Assembly (NCBI GenBank): GCA_026026165.1 | Contig: JAPEUD010000027.1 | Span: forward strand, 1-64,000 | DNA: 64,000 nt | Reading direction: 5' to 3' | Source of the DNA: Sarea resinae | Taxonomy: Eukaryota | In this document: one piece after another, positions 1-12,748 of the stretch | How positions within the stretch are numbered: position 1 is the first letter of the stretch | Layout: every line of letters starts with the position of its first letter | Program-made: the position numbers and the translations under genes | The notes under the pieces: generated by a model | Told to the model about the DNA's origin: nothing | Database searches by the model: none | What the model saw: only the letters and a program-made list of their open reading frames with translations

Positions 1-894
1 TATAAGAGACAGGGGGAAGGAGAAGGGAAAAGAAAGGGAAAAAGTGGAAGGGGAAAGAAAGGTGGGATTGTCTTGCTTTCTTTCTCTTTTTGGGGGTATT
101 TCTTCACTGCTTTTCCTACACCCGTACAGCCTAAACCCTAAACCCCACACAACCTCCACACTTACCACGACAACAAAAGAACAAGCCCAAGCCCAAGACG
201 CAGAACAGAGACGAGGACGACGACCAGCACACAGACCAGCACACAGACCAGCGCTTCTTTTCGACCCCTACCTACCTACCTACCAGCCGCGCTTCTTTTC
301 GAGACACGGAAATCAAACCATTACATCAACCGATAATGACACACGGACGATATTCAACGACAAGCCGACAGCTGACAGCCGAAACCTCATAGCTTACAGA
401 TGGAGGAGATGGAGGAGATTCTGGATTCTGGTAGGCTAGGCTAGGCTAGGGTAGAAGAAAAAGTTGGTATATTGCGCTTGGAATTTTACGAACATGTAGA
501 CTTGCACGCATGCACGCGTGTAGTGGGATGAGGGTGGGAATGAGGATGATATTGAGTATGAGAATGAGGACAGAAAAAAGGAGGCCGGCCGGGGGGATGT
601 GGTTGGTGTGTAGTGTAGTGTAATCACCGCCTTTTGCGGTCTGTCTGACTGTCTGTTTGGCTGTCTGGCTGTTGTTCTCATTTATCTATCCGTCCCTCTG
701 CTTCGTTTCCTTCTCCGTCCATCTGTGCTGTGTCTTCCTTCCTTCCTTCCGTGTCTGGACACAAACCTCAAGGTACAAAGATATAAAGACATGAAGTTGA
801 ATGGTAGTGGCGTACAGGAGGAGCTTTGAACGGGTTGAGAAACAGAAAAAAATAAGAAAAGTAGGATGGTTAACGGAAGGAGGGAGAGAGAGAA

Positions 895-895
<1 letters not shown>

Positions 896-925
<30 letters not shown>

Positions 926-932
926 GGGGGGG
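896..932. repeat. Poly-G tract (G29-C-G7)
   Basis: Read directly from the sequence; lies about 125 bp beyond the VPS54 stop codon. Confidence 0.95.
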
Positions 933-1057
933 CGAGGGCCTTCTCTCAAAATACGTTGCAATTCCCGTCTATGAGTACGGGGAAGAATTTTACATGATAC
1001 TAGCCAGGACAGTTCTTATCGAGCTCTTCTCCCTCCATCTCATGTCTATGACTCTCG

Positions 1058-4000
1058 CTAGGCGGCCTCAGGCTTGGATTCAGAGGACTCCACCACCGCC
1101 GCGCCATCCTCATCCTGTCGGGGCTTCTCTGACGACACCTTTTTTGGACTGGCGGGCCTCGACGCCTCTGATTCTGAAGACGGCGCCGCTGATGCCGCGA
1201 CAGATGGGGCCGGGATCTCTTTCTCCTCGACCGGCTTTTCCTGCACCAGTTTCACCATGTAATCGCCTATGTCGCCGGAGCCGTCGAGCTTGCTGAGCCG
1301 AGAACGGAAGAGTTCGGCGTCTCGGAGGATCCTGCGATGGCAAACATGTTCAACACTGAAACCATAATAATACAAAACTTGACTTACTTTTGCTTGGCTG
1401 CTTCAGTCTTGGCGGGGATTTCGCTAAACGCATTTCCCCATTGCTCTCTATAGCTCGCGAAAACAGGATCCATGATCATTCCTACCGTCACCTCCGGTAG
1501 ATGCTTGCTGAGAACCTTATGCAAGGTCGTCGTCTCTCGAGTCAGCGTCTCCATGTACGAGTTGGGAGTCTCCGGACCGGATGTGTCGTTCCAATCAACC
1601 TTTTTCATGGCGTGCACGTGCATCGAGGCGCGACCGCTCATGATCTCGACGAATTTATCGTGAATGTTAGATTGATGGTCTTGGTAGAGGCGCTTGACTT
1701 TGTCGAATTCGGCGGTCAGAGCGTGTGATGAAGGCGCGTGACGTCGGATAAATTCGCGCATATATGGGATAAGTGCGATGATGAAGCTCAAGGCCTGAGA
1801 CGTGATTGCTAGATGCTTGGTCGTGATGTTTTTCAAACCGGCACTTCTAGTAGCACCTGCACCGAGAATGAGCTGATAAGAGCGTGAGCTGAAAAGCTTG
1901 AGATAGTCCAGCAAGTTGGTCGCCACTTCTGAGGTCATGCTGGGAATGCTGGAGATGAGACTCTCGAAGCTTTCAACCCCATGGAGGACTGCTATAGCAG
2001 AGAGAGGAAGGATATATTTTTGGTCATCAAAGGTTGCGCTGCGGACCTTGGCAGCGGTGCCGGTACCATTAGTGGCAGTCGATTCAGGATCATCAACATT
2101 TGAAGCCACATCGTCGTTCTCCGAGGGCTCCTCCCAAACGTGGCTGCCTCGAGCCCAGGCGCTTACATCTCTGGTACTACCCTCCAGTACTCTCGAGAGG
2201 ATAGTACTATCGACGCCCCCAAAGTCCTTGGCGTCCCAGCGATCTGTTTCCATGGTATGTGCGAGTCGCTGGATTTCCGAATCGCCCATTTGGGAGACAA
2301 ATTCTTTGATGTGAGTATTGACCACGTTCTTGAGTGCCGTCCCACTGCGGCCTGAAATGGCTTCGCATTCGTCTGCGAACAGGCGGTTGATGGTGAAGTA
2401 CCGTAGGAAACCAAGCAAGGGAAGATGTGTAGACTGTTCGGAGCGAACCTTCAAGATCTTGGTGATCTGTGTTTGTGCAATATCCACAGCCTGACCTAGA
2501 AGACTCGACATGTCCAAAGCTTGGGTGAGTTCCTCTTGCATCCTTGAAGCGGATGGTGATGCGTTTGACGTCGGTTTGTTCAGGTAGGAGTCTAGAGTGG
2601 GAACGTTCGGGCTTTTGGGGGGTGATTTTACTCCGCTGCCCCCTGTCCGGCTGCCCACACCGCTAGTCAAATCTAGGAGAACTTTGACCTGTGTGCTCAA
2701 TCTTCTCAGAGCTTCCCCAACGCCACAGTAGATTTTCATTAGAAGCTCCTCAGCAGCATCAGGGTCCAGAGCCCGAAGGTTGCGTGCAAGGATCGACGAC
2801 TTCTCCTGCTGACTCAGTTGTCGTCCGCTGTGCGTGGAAACAGAAATCATGGATTCGTTATCATCGTCGGTGGAGCTCGGAAGATGTTGCCTGATCAAGC
2901 TTTTCATCTCTCGGAGTGCTGCATCTCGAAACGCGGTCGTAGCCGGCATCGTATGATGGGACCGACTTAGCCCGTCAAGGTGTGAAAGCAAATCAAATCT
3001 GAGTTTGTTGTCCAAAGTAAGATATGCAGGGAACGCGGAGGGTTTGTGAGTGTGATCTCCTCGGGATCTTTGCGATGCATTTCCCCAGCGCTGCAACGTC
3101 TCTGTGGCTGGTACGCTCTTGACGTGATGGCGGAGGTCCCCCAAAAGAGATTCAAGAAACCTCGCCTCAAAGCCTTTTCCTACACGATACCTCAGCTGGT
3201 TCATCTCTTCCGATGCTCCTTCAAGCGCTTTGAGGCCTCTCAAATCAATCAGATTCTTTGGGCGCTCGGCGGCAGCCAATAGCAAAGGCCCCTCCTCACC
3301 AGCAATCAGACTTTCGAGACCTTCTACAGTATCTAACGCTTTTTCCATATCACCCTGCTCAATCAGATCATCACAATGTGCAACCTCGTTGGTTACCATT
3401 CGTAGCTGCTCCACTGCTTCCCCTAGCTTTCGAAGATTGTCACGTCTTCGCCGTAAGCCAACGATCTGTAGTCCGCCAGTGGCCATGTCATTATCCAACG
3501 TGGCTAAATCCGCTCTTAGCCGTTTGATCTTTGCCACGGAATCCGCAGCTTCCGAATGGAGTTCTCGAAGTGAGCCCAGGGCAGCAAAGAATGATGTCGA
3601 CGCAGTTGATATAGAAGATATCAAATGTACCTCGACAGTATCCATGTACCAAGACAGCTTTTCCTGGAGAATCGCGTTTGTAGCCAAGGCTTTTCTCCCA
3701 CTGGCCGCTGGGGTGGTCAGGGACCCATTTGCGACCTTGTTATCATTGCCAGGAGCGGGCCGTACTATGTCGGAACGGTCGCTGACAACGTCGAAGGTGC
3801 GCGGGTTCTCCAGGTGGAAATCATCGTCGAAATATACATTAGGGATGGTCGACAGTGGCGCAACCGCATGTCCCAAACGTCTCTGGCTCCCACCACTTGA
3901 CCGTCTCCGGGGATAAGGCGACTCAAGGGGTGATATAGTCAGCGAATTGATTGACCCGTTCGATCGTTGTCTCTTCAAGCTAGGCTCAAGGGATTCCGCG

Positions 4001-4586
4001 AATTCGTCTACTTTCTCCGCTTCCCTGTCCTTGCGAAATAAGAGCGATCCATTATCATCACCTGTCGCCTTTGCTCTTTGAAACGCTTCGTATAATGGGC
4101 CGGCTTGGGACAGATAAGGCTTGAAGACCGAAGAATCGACGTGCTCTAGATTTGTAAGAGAGACGGGTGGGATGTCTTTCGCAGAGGGTGGTTTGTGCCC
4201 GCTCGACAACGACGTTGCGGTATGGGGAAGTAGACCCGTTCGAACAATCGGAGGCTGTAGGAGGGTCGATATCGCTGCCGCAGGGAAAACTCATCGTCAG
4301 CCAGCCCGTCTTGGTGAAGCCAAATCAAGTCCAACATTCCACGCTGGTACTCACCGTTTTGCGCCGACTCTCGGATGGGAAGGGTACGGCCATGAGCGGA
4401 TGAGTCTAAGACTCCACCGATTGATGTTATGGAGCTAGCTGTTGAGCCTCGCCGTAGCTGGTATCTGCCGCTTGACGTTGGACGTTGCGGTGATTCATAC
4501 TGCGGGAATGGATACTGGTCCAGCTGGGTTGTGGAGAAGGACGAGCCCAGACTGTCTGACGACGTTCGCGGAGGTGGTGAGGACAT
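1058..4586 (-). CDS. VPS54: GARP complex subunit Vps54; exons 4586-4355, 4274-1388, 1331-1058
   Basis: 941-aa ORF with Vps54 motifs (LQEKLSWYMDTVEVHL, QLILGAGATRSAGLKNITTKHLA). GT..AG introns 4354-4275 and 1387-1332 give a continuous frame (SAQN/AISTLLQPPIVRTGLLPH; KQ/KILRDAELF). Confidence 0.93.
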
Positions 4587-5261
4587 CGTAGTGATGAGCT
4601 ACCAGGGGGTGGAGGAAAAAAGAATGGAGCAGCAACAGCGCGCCTCGTGGTATCGTGAAGCGTTATCGAGATATCATCGCTGGCTGTCCACTTGCGCGGG
4701 CCCACCGCGGATGGGAACGGCCAGTAGAACGAAGAGAGTGGTCTATCACTTTCTATTGCGGCGACAGAGCTGTCCATGCAATTGGCGACATTGACGGGAG
4801 ATTGTCAATGCAGATTGAGGGCTCTGCCTGTCGAGCGTGCAGGGCTGAACTTTGATAACATTGGTGGTGAACAAAGGTCGTCTCAGTGGAGATAGCCTTC
4901 AATACCTACAGAATGCATTGGCTGTGTGTATGTACCGATACCTGGAGCAGTATGCAAATCTGTGCTTGATCACAAGCATGACCGTGATCTACTCCGTAGT
5001 CTCTACATGACACTCCTGAATATTGAGGATTCCCATAATCATCTCCCTTGCCCGAGCTTTACAGACATATTGTGATACTACCTTGCTGTGCCAGAATGCA
5101 TGAAGCTACCGTGATCATACTTTACCTCCACTGCTCCATACAAAGCTTCGTACTTCGTCCACGTATCCCTATCGTCACGGAGTTCTCCTTAGGTGAAGGG
5201 TGAAGTACTGAAGGATCAGCCTCAGAAACACCCCTTTCCGCAGTACCTCGTGAACCACTTT

Positions 5262-5316
5262 ACGCGCTCGCTTCTCTTGCTCTGTTTCGCGTCCCATCCC
5301 AATTCACGCGTCGCGT
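5262..5316. promoter_or_regulatory. MCB-like (ACGCGT/ACGCGA) cluster upstream of MCM5
   Basis: ACGCGC at 5262, TCGCGT at 5287, ACGCGT at 5306 overlapping TCGCGT at 5311, 140-200 bp upstream of the ATG of a replication-licensing gene. Confidence 0.6.
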
Positions 5317-5457
5317 CTTCAGCAGTCGAGAAACCTTCCAAGACAACGTCCACGATCGCCATCAGCGCCCGACGTCTGTCTTCATTTTCTCAACACCCAC
5401 GACACGGCTCGAGTAGTCAGACAATATCAGCACGGCTCCACATCTTTGCCGCTCATC

Positions 5458-7839
5458 ATGGACAGGCAACCCGCATATTCTCTGAGTATCTTCCCCGTCG
5501 ATGAGGGGGGGCCGGCGGACTCGCGTGGTCACATCCAGGCACAGTTGCGCGAATTCGTTCTGGAGTTCCGTCTGGACAATGCATTCATATACAGGTAAGT
5601 TTTCCCCTCGAGTCTCAACGAGATCGCCCATTCTAAGACTTCTCTAGAGATCAAATTCGAGAAAATGTGCTCATAAGACAGTACTACTGCGACATCGACA
5701 TCGCACATCTCATCACATATAACGAAGAATTAGCCCATCGTCTAACATCAGAACCTGCTGAAATCATTCCTTTGGTATGTCGAAGTGTGGCCTTCGCAAT
5801 CAACCTTACTGACGGGGATGTCCACCAGTTCGAAGCAGCCCTCAAGCAATGTACTCAGCGCATCGTCTATCCCTCTCAAAGAAATATCCCTTTACCAGAC
5901 CATCAACTCCTGCTCCATTCGACCGCATCTCTGGTCTCGATCCGTGATCTTGATGCCACAAATATGTCGCATCTCGTACGCATACCGGGTATCGTCATCG
6001 GTGCCTCTACACTTTCTTCAAAAGCCACGACCTTGCACATCCAGTGTCGGAACTGCCAGCATTTCGAAACAATTTCTGTTTCAGGTGGATTCTCAGGAGT
6101 CACTCTCCCCAGAGTCTGTGGCCGGGAGAAAACAAATGAAAACCAGCCCGAAGACAGATGTCCGTTGGACCCTTACTTCGTGGTTCACGAAAAGTGCCAG
6201 TTCATGGATCAGCAGGTCCTCAAGCTGCAAGAAGCCCCAGATCAGGTCCCGGTTGGAGAATTACCCCGACATATCTTAGTTTCGGCCGAACGCTACCTGA
6301 CCAATCGAGTGGTTCCTGGTTCGAGATGCACAATAATGGGCGTCTTCTCCATCTATCAGTCTAAAGGTTCCAAAGGATCGTCGAACTCAGCCGTCGCCAT
6401 TCGCAATCCGTACCTCCGAGCCGTTGGGATTACAACAGACGTCGATCATACAGCCAAGGGCAATGCGATCTTCTCTGAGGAGGAGGAACAGGAGTTCCTC
6501 GAGATGAGCAGGAGACCGGACCTTTACGAGGTCTTTGCCAATTGCATAGCGCCGTCCATCTATGGCAACCAGGACATCAAAAAGGCCATCGCCTGCCTAT
6601 TAATGGGCGGCTCCAAGAAGATATTACCCGATGGAATGAGACTACGTGGAGACATCAACGTGCTATTACTAGGAGATCCAGGAACCGCCAAGTCTCAGCT
6701 CTTAAAGTTCGTCGAGAAGGTCGCTCCTATAGCCATCTACACATCTGGCAAGGGTTCTTCTGCGGCTGGTCTGACAGCATCCGTACAGCGGGACTCCTCC
6801 ACGCGGGAATTCTATCTCGAGGGCGGAGCAATGGTTCTCGCTGATGGGGGCGTTGTATGCATTGACGAGTTTGACAAGATGCGCGACGAGGACCGAGTAG
6901 CCATCCACGAAGCCATGGAACAGCAGACCATCTCCATCGCAAAGGCCGGCATCACAACCATCCTGAACGCGCGAACCTCGGTCCTGGCAGCCGCCAACCC
7001 CATCTTCGGCCGCTACGACGACATGAAGACCCCCGGCGAGAATATCGATTTCCAGACCACAATTCTCTCCCGTTTCGACATGATCTTCATAGTGCGCGAC
7101 GAGCATGAAAAGGGCCGCGACGAGCGCATAGCCAGACACGTCATGGGCATCCACATGGGCGGCCGCGGTATCGAAGAGCAGGCCGAAGCCGAGATCCCGG
7201 TGGATAAGATGAAGCGGTATATCAGCTATTGCAAATCGTGAGTCTCCTTCTCTATCCCTCCCTCCTTTCCACCTCTACCTACTTAATTCCTACAAACTAC
7301 CTTTTCAATTCTCCTCACCCAACCATCCACTGACTTTGGCCCACAGAAAATGCGCCCCTCGTCTCTCCCCCGAAGCAGCCGAGAAACTATCCTCGCATTT
7401 CGTCTCCATCCGACGTCAAGTCCACACCACGGAAATCAGCAACAACGCGCGCTCCTCGATCCCCATCACCATCCGCCAGCTGGAAGCGATAATCCGGATC
7501 ACGGAATCGCTGGCCAAGCTATCGCTGTCGCCCGTGGCAACCGAAGCCCACGTCGACGAAGCCATCCGCCTCTTCCTGGCCTCCACCATCGACGCCGTCA
7601 ACCAGGGTACCGACCAGGGCAGCCAGGAGCTGATGGCAGAGGTCGGCAAGGTCGAGGAGGAGCTGCGGAGACGCCTGCCGATCGGCTGGAGCACGAGCTT
7701 GGCTACGCTGAAGAGGGAATTCGTCGATGGCAGGGGTTATAGCGAAGCCGCGCTCAATCGGGCTCTGGTCGTGCTGCAGAGGAGGGATACGGTGCAGTTT
7801 CGGGCACAGGGCGCGCAGGTCTTTAGGAGTGGCATGTGA
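5458..7839 (+). CDS. MCM5: DNA replication licensing factor Mcm5; exons 5458-5594, 5648-5774, 5829-7237, 7347-7839
   Basis: MCM box ([23 protein letters not shown]), Mcm5-type [17 protein letters not shown] and [16 protein letters not shown]; three canonical introns. Confidence 0.96.
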
Positions 7840-8669
7840 GGCGGGCGTTCTTCATGTGTCGCAGGCCGAGTTTTCTATTTCTTTAACTTCTGGTGATTAG
7901 GGCGGAAAGGCGGATTAGGGTGAATAGGCATACAGTGGGAGAGGGAGGCTTCGTAATGATTGCGTGCAATGGGGCAGCGGCGGTGTTGAGGAGTTAGTCG
8001 GTCCCATTTACACATTTCGGCTCTATCTGATCGATTGCGATGCTGATGGGCCATCACATATCAAGCACGACAGATGATAGCGTGTTTCAAAATCCCCGGT
8101 ATAACCACATGTGATTGCCAGCAAGGGCGGCAAGAGGAGAGGCATGATGGGAAAGATCACAAGAACGTCATTGGACTGAATCAAGGACAATTCCATTGCT
8201 AACTCCCTACGCCCAAAGAATTTAATAGATTGGATAGATACGAAGTTGATAGAATCAGGACAGTCGAGACATCAACGCCTCGGCAACGGAGGCAACGAGT
8301 GCATTTCGATTATGTCGAACGATAAAGATCTCAATTTTGGGTCTTTGCTGGGATGCAATAAGATGGCTGGTCTGAAATGCCATTTTAGAAGGAGTGTCAG
8401 CAACAGATACCTTGCCTGCGGATAGTTAAGACAAAAATGAGGGAGCAAGAAAGTGAGACAAAAGGGAGAGATGGCGCAGACAAACCTGTTGTTACTAAGC
8501 CCCTTTCCTCCACGCCTGGTTTGCCCATCTGCACCTTGCTCGTCGAAGCTTTTCCGACGGCTTTCCTAATCCCTGGGGCTTACTGAAAGGCACGAACTAC
8601 CCTATCGTACAAAATGCGCCGAATCATCCGAAAGCTATCGAAGAGCATTTCCTACTCAACGTCTTTCAT

Positions 8670-10270
8670 CTACGAGAGAAGATCGGCAACTGGGAAAGAG
8701 ATTAGTGCGATGTACGGAGCACAATTCGAACTACTCTTACCATTCATTGGCATCTCATCGATCTGTGTAGAGTAGTATACTATTGCTAGTCAGCTTCTGT
8801 TGACACGAATAGAAGTATGTATAGCTTACACTCGATATCTCGCAAGATCCTAACGTCCTCGCTTGTGACGAAGTTGATAGCAACACCCTTTCGCCCAAAA
8901 CGTCCACTTCGGCCGATTCTGTGGATGTAATTCTCACGATTACTAGGAAGGTCGTAGTTGATGACTAGCGACACCTGTTGGACGTCGATACCGCGAGCCC
9001 AGACATCCGTGGAGATGAGAACACGCGAGTTGCCCTGCCGGAAGTCCTGCATGATGCTATCGCGTTCCTTCTGCGGCATCTCTCCATGCATAGACGATAC
9101 GGTGAAATTGGCATCGCGCATCTTGTCGGTGAGCCAGTCAACCTTGCGGCGGGTGTTGCAAAAGATAACGGCTTGTGTAATAGTCAAGGTGTCGTAGAGA
9201 TCGCACAAGGTGTCAAACTTCCATTCTTCTTTTTCCACCGCGATAAAGTACTGCTTGAGACCTTCGAGCGTCAACTCGTCGCGCTTCACCAAAATTCTGA
9301 CAGGATCAGTCATGAATTTCGTAGTCATATCCAGCACGTCGTAAGGGAGAGTAGCAGAGACCACAACGACTTGAGTCGCCGGAGGCAGGTAGCGGTAGAC
9401 ATCATAAATCTGCTCTCGGAAACCGCGGTTGAGGAGTTCATCTGCTTCATCGAGAACAAGCATCTTGATGTGGCGGGTGCGGAGGTTGCGGCGACGTATC
9501 ATATCTGCGACACGGCCTGGGGTTCCAGAAACCACATGCTGGCCGTAGTCAAGCTTGCGCATGTCTTCTCCAATGTTTGTTCCACCGATACAGGCATGGC
9601 ACTGTACGTTCATGTAGTCGCCGAGAGCCATGACGACTGACTGAATCTGAGTCGCAAGTTCGCGTGTTGGGGACAGGACGAGAGCTGGTCGGCAAAGCCT
9701 TCTTAGTACTCTATCCAAGAGAAGATCATGGGACAAACATACCCTGAGTCTCTCGAACCGCGGTATCAATGACTTGCAATATACTGATTGAAAACGTCGC
9801 CGTTTTACCAGTACCAGATTGTGCTTGAGCAATTGTATCACGGCCTTTGCAGATTTGAACTATAGCACGGGACTGCACCGCGGACGGGGACTCGTAGCCG
9901 TACGCATAAATACCACGGAGTAGATTTTCTTGTGAAATGTCAGTACTGTGCCCGATCAAAACACGAAAGTCCAAGACACCCACCTTTCAGTTGCATAGCC
10001 TCGACTGGAAAGCAGCGATTAGTAAAAATCCATATCGAAAATGGAGCAAGTTTTGCCTGCAAAGGGACTCACAAGTTGGGGCACTACAATCACCATGTGA
10101 GCTGTTATTCTTGACCAATCTGTCATAAGTGAGGTTTGACTTACACTGTCACCTCCTTGGACGTCGAGAACTCCATCCTCTCTATGATGCCGGTCAGTCG
10201 ATAAACTTTGACGTCCGAGTATTGTCAGAAGCACTGTACCTTCCGCCTTCCTATCAATACCTTCCGCCAT
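8670..10270 (-). CDS. FAL1: DEAD-box RNA helicase eIF4A-III; 8 exons (10270-10240, 10181-10145, 10083-10073, 10004-9984, 9928-9743, 9684-8830, 8779-8741, 8689-8670)
   Basis: Motifs [34 protein letters not shown]; eIF4A-III-type STDVWARG and C-terminal [16 protein letters not shown]. Splice junctions join in frame. Confidence 0.95.
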
Positions 10271-10584
10271 TTTGCTGATTCGTCTGACTGCGCGTAGGAG
10301 TTTCGATGAGGTGAAAGGTACGAATTGTCGATGGCGGCGATGGGTGGTTCAAGAGAAGAGCCTCTTTGCGATAGAAGGTGGAATGGTAGTAGGTCTGGCT
10401 GAGATCTAGAGATCTACTCTCGAGATCTACTGAAGTAGAGAGGTAGGTTGCGACTCGGTCGGAACTTGCCGCTGCGTTCGCCATCCAAGGTGCCCTTCAA
10501 TCCATATTTCTTGTCGCAAACACCGCGGACGCTCTCATTGACTGTTCCCCAACGACTGTTCTCCAACAGTCAAATCTCTCCAAC

Positions 10585-12240
10585 ATGAATGCAGTCATAG
10601 AAGAACAGAGATTTCTCCATGAGGATTTGGAGAGGCTGGAGCAAGCTATAAGTGACCGCGTCGCGCAAGATCCAAAAAATGTAAGTCTTTCATCCGCCAG
10701 CTTTCACTTGCGCATGTTTGGAAGCATGGTTCGAATTTTTCCTCATGCTCATCGGTTATAGGTCCGGGATCAGATGAATCGTGATCATGAGGTTGCTGGA
10801 TTTCTCCGGAGGATACAAGATCAGTCAAGACGCCTTCTCGACATCTATCAAGACGCGGACGGAACTCGCGCGCAGGAAATCCAGAATATCTCTACCGGTG
10901 ACCCCTTCACACAATTCTACAAGCAATTCAATGAGATAAAGGACTTTCATCGACGATATCCGAACGAGCCAGTCGAGAACTTGGAGCGCGCATACAAGCC
11001 GAAAGTGCCAGTAGATGGCGAGTTCTTCACGGGCGTTGTCGACAATATGTTCACGGGAGAAGAGTCATACGGCCGATTCATGGATCTAACAATGTTGCAC
11101 GAGCAGTATCTCAACCTGCCAGGAGTTGGAGGAGTCAAGAGGCCATCTTATCTTCAATACCTAGATATCTTCGACGTTTTTACAGAGCCACAATGTCCCA
11201 TCAAGAAATCCGACAAAATGACAGATAAATACTTCAGATACGTTGGAGACCTAGCATCTTACCTCGAAGGCTTCATGAAGCGAACGAGGCCATTAGAGGA
11301 TCTAGAGAAGCTCTTCACGAGCTTTGATGCCGAGTTCGAGAAGGCATGGGAAGCCAATGAGGTACCAGGCTGGGGTACCGAGGCCCAAATGGCAGGCCCA
11401 CAGACCGAAGGATCGGGAGAGGGGATATGGTGTCGCGAGTGTGAGAAGGAATTCAAGAATGAGAACGTGTACAGAAACCACCTCACGGGCAAGAAGCACA
11501 TACGAGCAGCTGAGGCCAAGAAGGCACACGCGAATGGAGATGCTGTCGATGACGCTGATAATGGTACTGCGAATGGTCGGGGAAACTCGGTACAGAAATT
11601 GAAGGAGCGTGCAATCGCCGAACGGGAGTTCCGAGTGCGCAAACTTGCAGGCGCAATGCAAACACAGCGCAGCGATACTCGTGTGAATGTCGAGCGAAGA
11701 CAAGGGATGACGGAACGAGAACGACAGATGGAGCTTGATGCGCTCTTTGCTCAGTCTGACGAACCTGCAACTCGAGGAGGTGACGAATCTGACTCCGAGG
11801 GGGAGGAAAAGATCTACAATCCGCTCAAACTTCCTCTGGCATGGGATGGAAAGCCGATCCCATACTGGCTCTATAAGCTCCACGGACTTGGCGCGGAGCA
11901 CTCTTGCGAGATTTGCGGCAACTTCGTCTACATGGGCCGACGAGCGTTCGACAAGCATTTCAATGAGGCGCGACATATCTATGGACTAAAATGCCTGGGG
12001 ATCACCAATACCACATTATTTCGCGAAATCACCGGTATCGAAGATGCACTAAAGCTCTGGGACAAGATCCAGAGAGATAAGAAGAAGGAGAAAATGAGCA
12101 CGGAGAATGTAGTCCAGATGGAGGATGCCGAGGGCAACGTAATGCCTGAAAAAGTCTACTATGAGTAAGTCGCTCCTTGTTTTTCGAGAACTATGATCCG
12201 TACTGACCTTACCAGTCTCCAAAAGCAGGGCCTGTTATAA
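10585..12240 (+). CDS. PRP9: U2 snRNP splicing factor SF3a subunit 3 (SF3a60/Sap61); exons 10585-10680, 10762-12164, 12216-12240
   Basis: N-terminal EEQRFLHEDLERLE; YNPLKLPLAWDGKPIPYWLYKLHGL; zinc finger CEICGN..FDKHFNEARH; C-terminal DLQKQGLL. Confidence 0.95.
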
Positions 12241-12748
12241 ATGCCGGACAATGGGTGCGTGGCGTATGGTGTTTCATCAGCGTTCTATTATCTTGTAGCA
12301 TATATAAACAGGTAGTGTCCATTTCCACGTCTGGACTGATGGATCTGCATTTGGGAGGCGTGCAACGGCACAAGCACTTGTGTTGAGAGCTCAGAGTTTT
12401 AGATCTCACAACCAAAAATGTTAATCATCCACGAAGGCCAGCGACGGGTTAGAATTCTCGTGTGCGAGTACACGGAATTCTGACTGCGAGTGTATATTGT
12501 CGGTCCTCCATCTGTATGCTTGTCATCCTCGTATATAGCCTAAATTAGGCGATGCGGGGTGGTGAGGCTCTAGAAGCTGAGTTTTGTTTTACAATGTGAG
12601 ATTTTGGGAAATCGACTGCTTTTTGGGGGGATTTTGACCCTACTACTTCGGCGGCCCTATCCTAGCTGCCTCTTTCCGGCACACACGTCCACGAACGCAC
12701 TTACTTCGAAGATCAACTCGGACCCGACCGCGTGCACCGCCCCTCGAC

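Noticed and set aside
44..961. ORFs 44-439, 436-681 and 686-961 (poly-Pro)
   Set aside because: They derive from low-complexity intergenic sequence, short tandem repeats and the poly-G run; no domain-like content.
1472..9640. Many antisense or alternate-frame ORFs over VPS54, MCM5 and FAL1 (e.g. 3230-3916, 6702-7154, 8978-9640)
   Set aside because: Shadow ORFs expected from the codon bias of the real genes.
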